Below, in pieces: positions 51,190-64,000 of a stretch of 64,000 nt of DNA. The stretch is from Eledone cirrhosa (Eukaryota): assembly GCA_964016885.1 (NCBI GenBank), contig OZ024743.1:56854001-56918000 (forward strand), written 5' to 3'. The position numbers and the translations under genes were made by a program. The notes beneath the pieces were generated by a model, which saw only the letters and a program-made list of their open reading frames with translations, did no database searches and had not been told where the DNA came from. Numbering within the stretch: the first letter of the stretch is position 1; every line of letters begins with the position of its first letter.

Positions 51190-52581
51190 TCTTTCTCTTA
51201 ATTTCGAGTATATTTTTTTTTGACCGGCCACCTACCTGGTGGCAAAGCTGTAAAAGAAAAGAAATTGTCATCCCTTGAATCGCAAGAATGTTTTGCAAAT
51301 TTTGAAGGTGCCAGCTATCGCAGCCATTTGTAGACTATGAATTAGGGAGCTGCGCTTTTTGTCCGCAAATCCAAGTTCAGTCATACTTTGGTCCAAGCGG
51401 GTTGATATATAACCCGTAGCTCCAGTAATGATGGGTATGAAGCTAAAGGTGTATCTTGGATACTGGATTTGTAAACTCCTCATCAATGGTCCGTAGATGT
51501 CCTCCTTCTCCTGTATTTTTCTGACAACGTTTACATCAAGTGAGCAGCTGATCTCCACAACAGAACACGTTTTCAATGTGTGGTCCCAAACAACAATATT
51601 AGGCTGGTTGTGCTTTAATTTGGTGGCAGTTTTTATTTTCAGGTTCCACCAGTATTCCTTAGTGCCATCTGTCTCAATATATTCTTCCTTGTTTGTTGTT
51701 AATTTTGTTTTCCGAAGTGCGTTCCAGATGGTTCTAGCTATCCCATCGTGTCTCATGGGGAGGTAGTAGCGAGATGACATTCTTTCGCAGCTGGCAACAA
51801 TGTGGCTTACATCCTCGATCTTTGTTTTACATAGCCTACATTTATTGTCAGCTGATGGCCCTCTTCTTTTGTGCAGCAGATATTTGGTAGGGAGTTCTTG
51901 TTCCTGTATTGCATAGAGATATCCCTCAAGGTGTGATGTCATAAACTTGTCGGAACTCCATGCCAGGCTTTTTGAGTGGTTTATCCCCTCTATGGTCTGT
52001 GTTTTACGTCTCAAGTATCCATGCACAACTTTTTCTGTAAATTGGTCAATTTTTTTATCTTGTTTGAACATTGAATAGGATCTTCCGATTTCTCTGGGTG
52101 AGAGATTTATATCAGGCTTTATTCCATATCTCTCCTCCAGATCAGTCGCTATTCTAATGATATTTTTTTTTCATGCTCATAAACCTTGTCAAGATGGTTG
52201 CCGATCTTTTTCCTCTGTTGAAGGTGTTGCTTCAGTGTTACTATCCGGGTCTCATATGTTGTTAATATTGATTTTAGACCCCGGCCACCTTCCTTGCGTG
52301 AGAAGTATAGCCTATCCACATCACCATTGATGTTAAAGTTCCCAGTAACACTGAGAAGTTTGCGAGTTCTAACATCCATCTCACTTAGTTCTTGCAATGA
52401 CCAGTTCAGCAGGCCAAATATTGGCGTTAGAATTGGCACAGCATAGGTATTGTGGGCAATGTATTTGTTGTACGCTGTCAGTTCTGATGACCATATTTTC
52501 TTTACTCTTCTGAGGTATTCAGTTCTGGTTCTCTCCTTATTTATGGGTCCATCATATCTGACATTCTCATCCTGTCCAAGA
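51190..52581 (-). mobile_element. R4/Dong-like RLE non-LTR retrotransposon, 5'-truncated
   Basis: YLGQDE...GGRGL (RT thumb), AIQEQELPTK, CRLC...HIVASC knuckle, RHD, NQPNI (degenerate PD), VVEISC; flanked by (TA)-rich microsatellites. Confidence 0.85.
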
Positions 52582-52775
52582 TATATATATATGTATGTAT
52601 ATATATATGTATGTATATATATGTATATATATGTATGTATATATATATATATGTATATATATATGTATATATATATGTATGTATATATATATGTATGTAT
52701 ATATATATGTATATATGTATATATATATGTATGTATATATACGTATGTATATATATGTATGTATATATACGTATG

Positions 52776-52806
<31 letters not shown>

Positions 52807-52807
52807 G

Positions 52808-52840
<33 letters not shown>

Positions 52841-53013
52841 GTATATATATATGTATATATATATATGTATGTATATATATATGTGTATATATATATGTAT
52901 GTATGTATATATATATGTATGTATGTATATATATATGTATATATATATGTGTATGTATATATATATGTGTATGTATGTATATATATAAATGTATGTATAT
53001 AAATGTATGTATA

Positions 53014-53060
<47 letters not shown>
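52581..53060. repeat. Compound (TA)n/(TATG)n microsatellite (similar tracts at 39745, 43563, 44056, 48437, 51045, 62236)
   Basis: Direct inspection. Confidence 0.97.
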
Positions 53061-53062
<2 letters not shown>

Positions 53063-53064
53063 AG

Positions 53065-54260
53065 GCATCATCATCACCATTTAACATCTATTTTTCCATG
53101 CTAGCATGGGTAAGGTGGGTTGTCCCTTTGAAACAAGGCAGATCAGATGACTTTGTCTTGCTCATGCAGGACTGATTTTAGCTTGGTTTCTATGACTGAA
53201 TGCTCTTCCTAATGCCAACCGCATTTTCTGTGTATACTGGGTGCTTTTTGTTGTGACACCTACACAACCACTTTGCAGTGTGGCCTGGGAAGTGCGTGGG
53301 GATTGGAGACGTAGATCTAGGGTGGGGTGTTAGGACATGAAAGGTGTATAGAAGGGTGAAGGTGGTGCATACTAGATGTATGCTTCAACCCATGTACATG
53401 GGAAGGAGAGTCTTCTGTATTGAAATCTTGATCCTGTGACATTGCTTTTGACAGGTGCAATTGTGCAAGATCAGCTTTTATCACCTCATCCCAAGTATTC
53501 CTTGGTCTTCCTACTCCATAGCTTTCATCAACTTTGAGCGCACTGCACCTTTTTATGTTGCTGTCATCCTTCATATGCATCACATGTCCATACCACCACA
53601 ATCTCCTCTTCTGTTCACTACATCTGATCTCGCTTATGCTCAGTTTTTCTCTCAGTTCATGTATATTACTTGTATAGTCATTGCTGTTCATGTATATTAC
53701 TATTACACATCCATCAGAACATGCAAGTTTCATTTCTTTCCAATCTACTTAGGTCCTCGGCACACAGTGCCTGTGTCTCATTGTCATGCAGCATTGCAGT
53801 TCATATAAACGTCTATGTATATATGTATCATCATCATCATTTAATGTCCATTTTCCATGCTAGGGAGGGTGGGTTGATACGTTATGAGATAAGTCAGGTC
53901 AAAAGACCATGTCTTGCTCATACGGATCTATGTGTCTATGTATATACATATATGTATATACATGTATGTATGTACTTGTATGTATGTATAGACATATGTA
54001 TCTACATATATATATTCATGTATGTATGCATGTATATATATTTATTAAGTGAACTGAGAGAAAAGCTAGGTATAAGAGGAATCTGATGTAGTGTGCAAAA
54101 GAGAAGATTGCATTGGTATGGACATATGATGTGTATGGAAGGTGACAGTTGTATACAGAAGTGCTGAAAAATTTCAGAAGATGAGACTTCCGGAAGAGGT
54201 AAATCCAGAAAGACATGGAATGAAGTATTGAAGACCGACCTTAGGAAGCTGAGCCTCACA
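53065..54260. mobile_element. Cluster of decayed RTE 3' fragments in both orientations
   Basis: ORF 53317..53733 contains RRLWWYGHVMHMKDDS...GRPRNTW; a second fragment lies at 54050-54260 on +. Confidence 0.75.
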
Positions 54261-55324
54261 ACATCATCATCATCATAGTCCATTTTCCACGCTAGCATGG
54301 GTTAGACAGGTTGTCCCATTTGAAGCAAGTCGAGATTAGGTGACCGTGTTTCTGGATTGGTTTCTACAGCTGGATGCCCTTCCTAATGCCAACCACATTT
54401 AAGGTGTTTAGGGTGCTGTTTGTCATGACACCTACATGACCACTTGACAGTGTGGGCTACAGAGATGACAAAGGACTGGCAACTTTCTGTATTGGAGAAT
54501 AGCTGCCTATCACCATGAAAATATGACCTGACCCTTACATGTTCCTTCCTCATAATTATCCTCACCATCACTGTACACCCCACCCCACCTCTACTCAGGA
54601 CCACCTCTACCCTATTTAGATCCTAAAGCATCAGAAATTACTCAGTAGCAGTTTGCATCATCACTGTACCCTGCTTCTATCTGAGATTACTATCTTCCCC
54701 TCCCTCTCATCACCTTATCAAATCCCAGCACACATATACACAGATGATATACTTCTCTCCTCTCCATAGGAAGGCTCTTCAGTTGTGTTAATGATCCGCA
54801 ACCTCTCTAGTGCTGGTGTCATGATAAAATGCACCCAGTACACTCTGTAAAGTGATTGGTGAGGGAAAGGGCATCCAGCCATAGAAAACTTGCCAAACAA
54901 AAGGGTAGAGAGGACTCTTCAAGTGTGTCATAGACCTCGCAACTTCCCCAATGCTTGTGCAATGCAAACGCACCTGGGGAACTCTGTAGAGAGAGAGATA
55001 TGAGTATTTGTGCGAGATATGGTACCTCCCTCCACTCCCCCAGCCCATGTGAGATGTCAGTAGCTCTGGATAAAGATTAACTTGGTTTATGACAACCCCT
55101 CCAATGCTTGCTAGCTGAGGTGATGCACATTAAATGATGATGATATATCAATATATAGATATGTCTGTAGCATACGTCTAGTATACACCACCTTCCCTCC
55201 CATCACCCTCCAATACATCTCCCACATTATAATCACCCCACTCCAATACCTACATCCCCAGTTCCCCATGCATCCTCCCACCTAAGTCCCCAATCAACAC
55301 CATAAAGCGACTATCCTAGAGCCA

Positions 55325-55745
55325 CAACAAAAAGCACCCAGTCCACACTGTAACGTGGTCGTGTTGGTGACATGACAAAAAGTGCCCAGTCCACACTGTA
55401 ACGTGGTCGTGTTGGTGACATGACAAAAAGTGCCCAGCCCACACTGTAAAGTGGTTGTGTAGGAGTCACGATCAAAAAACACCTAGCCCACGCTGTAAAG
55501 TGGTCCTGTTGGTGACATGACAAAAAGTGCCCAGCCCACACTGTAAAGTGGTTGTATTGGTGGCATGACAAAAAGTACCCAGCCCACACTGTAAATTGGT
55601 TGTGTCGGAGTCATGACAAAAAACACCCAGTACACTGTAAATGTGGTTGTATTGGTGACATGACAAAAATGCCCAGCCCACACTTTAAATTGGTCGTGTA
55701 GGAGTCATGACAAAAAACACCCAGTACACTGTAAATGTGGTTTGC
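55325..55745 (+). repeat. Tandem array of about 48-bp units within an RTE 3' UTR
   Basis: CCCAG.CCACACTGTAAAGTGGT.GTGTTGGTGACATGACAAAAA repeated about 9 times, followed by the standard RTE terminal sequence. Confidence 0.85.
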
Positions 55746-55874
55746 TTTAAGAAGGGCATTCAGCCATAGAAACCAAGCCAAAATCAGATTTGTGTAAGCA
55801 AGACATGGTAACCTGAGCTGACTGTCTCACAATGGGACAACTCGTCTAACCGATGCTAGCAAGGAAAATGGATG

Positions 55875-58502
55875 TTGGTGACATTGATATTGTTGATGTT
55901 TAGTGTGACATATGACTGTCACCCACATTGTTGACACTGGTGTTGTTGATGTTTAGTGTGACACAGGACTGTCACCCACATTTGTGACACTGGTGTTGTT
56001 GATGTTTAGTGTGACACAGGACTGTCTCCCACATTGGTGACACGAGTTGTTGATGTTTAGTGTAACACAGGACTGTCACACACATTGGTGACACTGGTGT
56101 TGTTGATGTTTAGTGTGACACAGGACTGTCTCCCACATTGGTGACGATGATATTGTTGATGTTTAGTGTGACATATGACTGTCTCCCACATTGGTGACAC
56201 TGGTGTTGTTGATGTTTAATGTGACATATTATTGTCTCCCACATTGGTGACACTGGAGTTGTTTAGTGTGACATGACTGTCTACCACATTGGTGACACTG
56301 GTTTTGTTGATGTTTAGTGTCACATATGACTCTCACACATTGGTGACACTCATGTTGTTGATGTTTAGTGTGACATATGGCTGTCTCCCACATTGGTGAC
56401 ACTGGTGTTGTTGATGTTTAGTGTGACATATGGCTGTCTCCCACATTGGTGACACTGGTGTTGTTTAGTGTGACATATGACTGTCTCCCACATTGGTGAT
56501 ACTGGAGTTGTTGATGTTTAGTGTGACACAGGACTGTCTCCCACATTGGTGACACTGGTGTTGTTGATGTTTAGTGTGACATATGACTCTCACACATTGG
56601 TGACACTCATGTTGTTGATGTTTAGTGTGACATATGGCTGTCTCCCACATTGGTGACACTGATGTTGTTGATGTTTAGTGTGACATATGGCTGTCTCCCA
56701 CATTGGTGACACTGGTGTTGTTGATGTTTAGTGTGACATATGGCTGTCTCCCACATTGGTGACACTGATGTTGTTGATGTTTAGTGTGACATATGGCTGT
56801 CTCACACATTGGTGACACTGATGTTGTTGATGTTTAGTGTGACATATGACTGTCTCCCACATTGGTGACACTCATGTTGTTGATGTTTAGTGTGACATAT
56901 GACTGTCTCCCACATTGGTGACACTCATGTTGTTGATGTTTAGTGTGACATATGGCTGTCTCCCACATTGGTGACACTGGTGTTGTTGATGTTTAGTGTG
57001 ACATATGGCTGTCTCCCACATTGGTGACACTGATTTTGTTGATGTTTAGTGTGACATATGGCTGTCTCCCACATTGGTGACACTGGTGTTGTTGATGTTT
57101 AGTGTGACATATGGCTGTCTCCCACATTGGTGACACTGGTGTTGTTGATGTTTAGTGTGACACAGGAATGTCTCCCACATTGGTGACACTCATGTTGTTG
57201 ATGTTTAGTGTGACATATGGCTGTCTCCCACATTGGTGACACTGATGTTGTTGATGTTTAGTGTGACACAGGAATGTCTCCCACATTGGTGACACTGGTG
57301 TTGTTGATGTTTAGTGTGACATATGGCTGTCTCCCACATTGGTGACACTGGTGTTGTTGATGTTTAGTGTGACACAGGAATGTCTCCCACATTGGTGACA
57401 CTGATGTTGTTGATGTTTAGTGGGACATATGGCTGTCTCCCACATTGGTGACACTGGAGTTGTTGATGTTTAGTGTGACACAGAACTGTCTCCCACATTG
57501 GTGACACTGGTGTTGTTGATGTTTAATGTGACATATTACTGTCTCCCACATTGGTGACACTGGAGTTGTTTAGTGTGACATGACTGTCTCCCACATTGGT
57601 GATACTGGAGTTATTGATGTTTAGTGTGACACAGGACTGTCTCCCACATTGGTGACACTGGTGTTGTTGATGTTTAGTGTGACATATGACTCTCACACAT
57701 TGGTGACACTCATGTTGTTGATGTTTAGTGTGACATATGACTGTCTCCCACATTGTTGACACTAATGTTTTTGATGTTTAGTGTAACACAGGACTGTCTC
57801 CCACATTGGTGACACTGATGTTGTTGATGTTTAGTGTGACATATGGCTGTCTCCCACATTGGTGACACTGGTGTTGTTGATGTTTAGTGTGACATAGGAA
57901 TGTCTTCCACATTGGTGACACTCATGTTTTTGATGTTTAGTGTGACATATGGCTGTCTCCCACATTGGAGACACTGGTGTTGTTGATGTTTAGTGTGACA
58001 TATGACTGTCTCCCACATTGGTGACACTGGTGTTGTTGATGTTTAGTGTGACATATGGCTGTCTCCCACATTGGAGACACTAATGTTTTTGATGTTTAGT
58101 GTGACATGTGGCTGTCTCCCACATTGGAGACACTAATGTTTTTGATGTTTAGTGTGACATATGACTGTCTCCCACATTGGTGACACTGATGTTGTTGATG
58201 TTTAGTGTGACATATGGCTGTCTCCCACATTGGTGACACTGATGTTGTTGATGTTTAGTGTGACATATGGCTGTCTCCCACATTGGAGACACTAATGTTT
58301 TTGATGTTTAGTGTGACATATGACTGTCTCCCACATTGGTGACACTGATGTTGTTGATGTTTAGTGTGACATATGGCTGTCTCCCACATTGGAGACACTA
58401 ATGTTTTTGATGTTTAGTGTGACACAGGATTGTCTCCCACATTGGTGACACTGGAGTTGTTAATGTTTAGTGTGACACAGAACTGTCTTCCACATTGGTG
58501 AC
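55875..58502. repeat. 53-bp minisatellite, about 50 units, downstream of the CCNY exon
   Basis: CCCACATTGGTGACACTGGTGTTGTTGATGTTTAGTGTGACATATGGCTGTCT repeated in tandem. Confidence 0.97.
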
Positions 58503-60737
58503 CCTTATTTACCTGAGGGATTTAAAGCAAAGTTGATGTCAGCAGGATTTGAAACCAGAACATAAAGCACCGTAACTAAATGGTTCAAAGTGCTTTAATC
58601 AAATCTAACACTCTGACAAATTCTTGATACATCAAGCCAGCAACATAATTTTGATTTCGAGTTGAATCCTCCTCCCTCTACATCTTCTATAGATACATCT
58701 GATGGCTGAGCTAACAAGGGTGCTTCTGTGTAGTTATCCTACTTGATAGAACTAGCAATCAAATCTTCCTCAAATCACAGACTTTCTGTCTTAAAAAAAA
58801 AGAAGACACGTTTAATAATGTATTTCTTGCACTTCAAAAAACGATGGCATGATCATGGTTGGAATAGGTTTGATCATAGATCTGCTCAATCAGAGCTGAT
58901 CTGGGGCTAAACAACAATAGCATATCTGAAGGATCTGGACCTTAGCTTATCATAACCCTTTCATTATGATATTTCTAATTAAAGACACTGCCTATGATTT
59001 TCAAATCATTTTGAAAATAAATAGGTATTTCAAAAGATTTAATAATGTAACTAACTTTCTCATTAAAAAGCTGATGTTTCGAACATTAAGGTTCTTATAT
59101 AGAATCATTGTGGAAGGTTTTTACATAAATATAAGCACTTTTAGGTATTGGACTGATGATCATCAATCCAATACCTAAACCACTATGCCACACATCTTCA
59201 TATATATATGTTGTAGCTATTCTCAACTATATTTAAACAAATTATCCGTGTGGGTGAGTGTGGACTATATCGTGGAAAATGTAAGCTTAGTAATTTCCTC
59301 AGTGTGGTCAGTTAGAAACGTAAAAATATTAGGTTTGTCAGCTTGTCAAACTATAAGTTGAAATTATTTTATTTAGGTGAAAGGGGCACATTTTGTTGGA
59401 CTACCTTAGGGTGCTAAATATCCAGGTTAGATAGATACATAGATGCTCAATCAGTTGATATTTGAATATTTTAAATACACATTCTAATAGATATGTGGCT
59501 AGCTAAGTAGACAGACAGACAGGCATAGATTATTATATAGACAGACGGGCTGGTGGATTGGCAGTATCTGTAGAGGGTCGGACGCCATGCTTTGACGCAT
59601 AGTTACGGCCCTTGCCATTCTGAGTTCAAATCCCGCCGAGGTTAAATTTGCCTTTCATCCTTACGGGGTCAATAAAATAAAGTACCAGTAATGCACTGGG
59701 ATAATTGCTGGCCTTGTGCCAAAAGTAGAAACAATTATTATATAGACAGACAGAAGGGTAGGTAGAGAAGAGGATATCAAAGCACATGCATGCTCAAATT
59801 ACTAGATAGATCTATCACAAAGTGGTTTTCATTGTTTCATTTTTATGATATATATATATATATATATATGATGATGACGATATACATACTTTTTGAACAG
59901 GCAGTTCACGTTGACTTTGTTGAGCTTTAGTAGATGCAAAAGGTGGTTGATAGACTGTGTAGGAGGTGGTGAGTTAAGGTGAGCTGTGTACATTGTCTTT
60001 TTCTCTCAGACTGAATGAATAAAGGAAAATATTTTTAATGTCTACTTTAAATGTCAATATCCTGCCATCTAGAAATGTCCTCTTCAGTTATCTCTTGCAT
60101 TATTTAATTGCTCCGAAAACTTAATGGACAGGTGTTTGACTCATGATTATAACATCATGGGTTTGATTCCTTAACTGGGTGGCATGTTGTGAACTTGAGC
60201 AAGATGCTGCATTTCATGTTTTGCATGATAAGACTGAGTCCTTTATCATTAGAATACTCAAGAAACCTCTTATAAGATGAAACCTCATTGTAGGCCAGCC
60301 AAACCTGCATAGATGTGAGCTATAAATTACCCCCCTCCCCATCTGTTATTTGAAGATTATACCAGATAATCCTTGTCATGTGAGATAAACACTGCATTGC
60401 TCTGTGATTAAGAAGGTTGCTATACAACCACATGGTTTTAGGTGTAATTTCACGGCTTAACATCTAAGACAAGTCACATCTGCTATAACATTGCACTGAA
60501 CAAGATCCTGTGAATAAAGTTATTGTAGATGAGAACTGTGTGGAAGTCCTACATAGCATGTGTGTGTATGCGTGCAGAAGTGCATGTCTTAGAGGTGAAG
60601 AGTATGGTTCATTTTTGTAAGGTTGTGAGTTCAATTCCTAGCAGCATGTTGTGTCCTTAAACAGCAAACTTTTTTTTACATGGCTCCAGTCCATTTAGCT
60701 GAAAAAATATGCAGTTTTATTCATGGAATGTTGGATG

Positions 60738-62147
60738 TAACATTGAGGTAGACTGTTGGACATTGAGGTGGACTGTTGGACATTGAGGTGGACTGTTGGA
60801 CATTGAGGTGGACTGTTGGACATTGAGGTGGACTGTTGGACATTGAGGTGGACTGTTGGACATTGAGGTAGACTGTTGGACATTGAGGTGGACTGTTGGA
60901 CATTGAGGTGGACTGTTGGACATTGAGGTGGACTGTTGGACATTGAGGTGGGCTGTTGGACATGGAGGTGGACTGTTGGACATTGAGGTGGACTGTTGGA
61001 CATGGAGGTGGACTGTTGGACATTGAGGTGGGCTGTTGGACATGGAGGTGGACTGTTGGACATTGAGGTGGACTGTTGGACATTGAGGTGGACTGTTGGA
61101 CATTGAGGTGGACTGTTGGACATTGAGGTGGACTGTTGGACATTGAGGTAGACTGTTGGACATTGAGGTGGACTGTTGGACATTGAGGTGGACTGTTGGA
61201 CATTGAGGTGGACTGTTGGACATTGAGGTGGGCTGTTGGACATGGAGGTGGACTGTTGGACATGGAGGTGGACTGTTGGACATTGAGGTGGGCTGTTGGA
61301 CATGGAGGTGGACTGTTGGACATTGAGGTGGGCTGTTGGACATGGAGGTGGACTGTTGGACATTGAGGTGGGCTGTTGGACATGGAGGTGGACTGTTGGA
61401 CATGGAGGTGGACTGTTGGACATGGTGGTGGATTGTTGGACATGGAGGTGGACTGTTGGACATGGTGGACTGATGGACATTGTGGTGGACTGTTGGACAT
61501 GGTGGACTGATGGACATTGTGGTGGACTGTTGAGCATTGAGGTGTACTGTTGGACATTGAGATGGACTGTTGGACATTGAGATGGACTGTTGGACATGGA
61601 GGTGGACTGTTGGACATTGAGATGGACTGTTGGACATTGAGATGGACTGTTGGACATTGAGATGGACTGTTGGACATTGAGGTGGACTGTTGGACATTGA
61701 GGTGGACTGTTGGACATTGAGGTGGACTGTTGGACATTGAGGTGGACTGTTGGACATTGAGGTGGACTGTTGGACATTGAGGTGGACTGTTGGGCATTGA
61801 GGTGGACTGTTGGACATTGAGGTGGATTGTTGGACATTGAGGTGGACTGTTGGACATTGAGGTGGACTGTTGGACATTGAGGTGGACTGTTGGACATTGA
61901 GGTGGACTGTTGGACATTGAGGTGGACTGTTGGACATTGAGGTGGACTGTTGGACATTGAGGTGGACTGACGGACATTGAGGTGGACTGTTGGACATTGA
62001 GGTGGACTGTTGGACATTGAGGTGGACTGTTAGACATTGAGGTGGACTGTTGGACATTGAGGTGGACTGACGGACATTGAGGTGGACTGACGGACATTGA
62101 GGTGGGCTGTTGGACATTGAGATGGACTGTTGGACATTGTGGTGGAC
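60738..62147. repeat. 20-bp minisatellite (GGACATTGAGGTGGACTGTT), about 70 units
   Basis: Direct tandem periodicity. Confidence 0.98.
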
Positions 62148-62230
62148 TATTGTACTTTACATTGATATATAAAAAGCATTAATATATATATACTTACATT
62201 CATATTGTTTTTGTAAAAAAACGATATCTT

Positions 62231-62285
<55 letters not shown>

Positions 62286-64000
62286 TGTGTGTGTGTGTGA
62301 AAACTAATGTTAAATATTTGACTGAAGAACGCTTGTGAAAATAGAAGTGTAAACAAACAAAGTTGCTTGAAGATACATTTGGAAACTTGAAGTTTGAAAT
62401 GTGTTCATCCCAAACACAAATATGCATAATATTAGTTGTTGTTTTTCTCACAGCCATGTAACATCACACCTTTTACACATACTTCATACAGTCTGCCATT
62501 CTCAGAGACAAATATTCTACATTCACTCGATGGTGAGAGAGAAGTAGAGTCATAAATGATGATGTGGATTATATTCTAGCTTTTTCTCACCATCACCTCT
62601 TCTACTACTTGACTGTTCTTGCATCTGGCATCTCTGTTATAAAGGATTGCATCAGATCTGTCTATATTCTTATATCTTATCCAATGCCCATAAGTGAGAC
62701 AGTAAACACAGCATTATGCCAACGATCTCTGTTTCCCATCTATGTTTGTAGGCTATCCTTGTAAATTCCACTGTTTTTTGCTATGGTATCCTGGTATCTA
62801 AGCTTTCTGGTAGAGGTTTTCTCCCTCAACAAGAGGCTTGAAACTCTTATTTTTTGCGTGGAAGCAGTGACCAGAAAACCTTGTATGACGTTCAATTAGT
62901 CGTGGACATACTTTTGGGATTTTTCTGTATATCTGATTAAACATTTGATAGGTCTGCCAAGGAATATTTTAAGCCCTTCTCAGAAAGTTAGTGTAACATC
63001 CATCTAAATGGCTCTGTAAATGGGAGTGCAAGATCCAAGTTTCAGAACCATAGAGAAGGATAGGCTCTACTGATGATCTAACAGGTTGATTTTAAGTTTG
63101 TTTGGTTTAGGTTTATTGGATTTCCAAATTTTATCCAACTTATGAAATGTATTCTAGGTCAGGTTTTTCTGTATATGGAAGTCGTTTTCTGAGTTCATTA
63201 TAAAAGAACCAAAGTACTTAAAGTCTTCTATTTGTCTTAAGATTTAAAGCCTTTTCCTGTTTACTGTGATTATGGTAGCAACAGATTCTGATGAAAACTC
63301 AGTTTTTGAGTCATTGTAGTCAGTCCAACATGAGTAGCAGTTGATTCTAGTCCATATTCACCCCCCCCCCCCCCCCTCTCGCATTACTTTTGGCTCCATG
63401 TGGCTCTTAATTGCCATCTACCACTCTCACATGCCATCTCACACTTCTGTTGCTGCCCATCATTCATCTTGTTTGACACATCTATATTCCTAGCTCACCA
63501 ATTCCCTACCAACCACCAGCAGGTAGCTTTCATAATCTCACTTCCATTACCCTCCCCCTCTTTCTCCATCATCCTAACACTCTATTTTGCCTATCATACT
63601 TCTACCTTGTCTTCTTTCATCTTGCTTATCACTTTTTTTTCCATCCACCTTCTTGTTAACATTTGCCTTGGAACAACAGTGACTATGTAGCATAGAGAAG
63701 ACTTTAGAGTTTTGCAGAGGATAAGGCAACCACTGTAGTGTTGATGGCATAATAAAATTCACCAAGTACACTTTGTTAAAGTGGTTGACAATCAATGGGG
63801 ACAGTATAGAGTAGAGAGAGCTTGTTAGTCATGTTGATGACATGACAACTTCTTTAGTATTGGCATCACAATAAGATACACTCTATAATGTGGTTGGTGA
63901 TGGAATGGAGACAGCATAGTTAGTGGGAACTAATTTGTCACATCATTGATAAAACAATCTATCTAGTATTGGTGTCACAATAAAATGTATGCAGTACGCT

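Noticed and set aside
52450-53087. YI/HT-rich ORFs (also near 39693, 43518, 44001, 48332, 51032, 62147)
   Set aside because: Translations of (TA)n/(TATG)n microsatellites.
55325-58502. CRISPR-like appearance of regularly spaced repeats (also 1-560 and 33362-34060)
   Set aside because: Units are contiguous with no unique spacers, there are no cas genes, and the context is eukaryotic.
60695-62117. Three overlapping ORFs of about 450 aa
   Set aside because: The 20-bp unit lacks stops in all minus-strand frames; no unique coding sequence.
49220-64000. CCNY exon 2
   Set aside because: No segment with recognisable cyclin Y sequence and splice sites was found by eye; it may lie beyond the window or have been missed.

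Overview
AT-rich, repeat-dense eukaryotic (animal) genomic DNA. The (ATG)n-tailed RTE LINEs, tRNA-derived SINEs and long (TA)n tracts resemble a cephalopod such as Octopus; that assignment is inference. Two host genes are arranged head-to-head. (1) OLA1 (Obg-like ATPase 1) is on the minus strand. Ten coding exons were reconstructed by hand with GT-AG boundaries and consistent phases, from the ATG at 19710 down to 1071; the last exon lies left of the window. (2) The first coding exon of Cyclin Y (CCNY) is on the plus strand at 49006-49219. The rest is intron or intergenic DNA filled with RTE, CRE-like and R4/Dong-like retroelement fragments, a 2.9-kb palindromic Penelope-like element (PLE), SINEs, a non-autonomous Helitron, hAT/mariner/piggyBac-type MITEs and four large minisatellites. 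The most notable signal is a set of about 7 minimal hammerhead-ribozyme (HHR) motifs in short non-coding PLE-type modules embedded in (TA)n tracts, often in inverted pairs, together with many long fold-back palindromes, two of them close to OLA1 exons.
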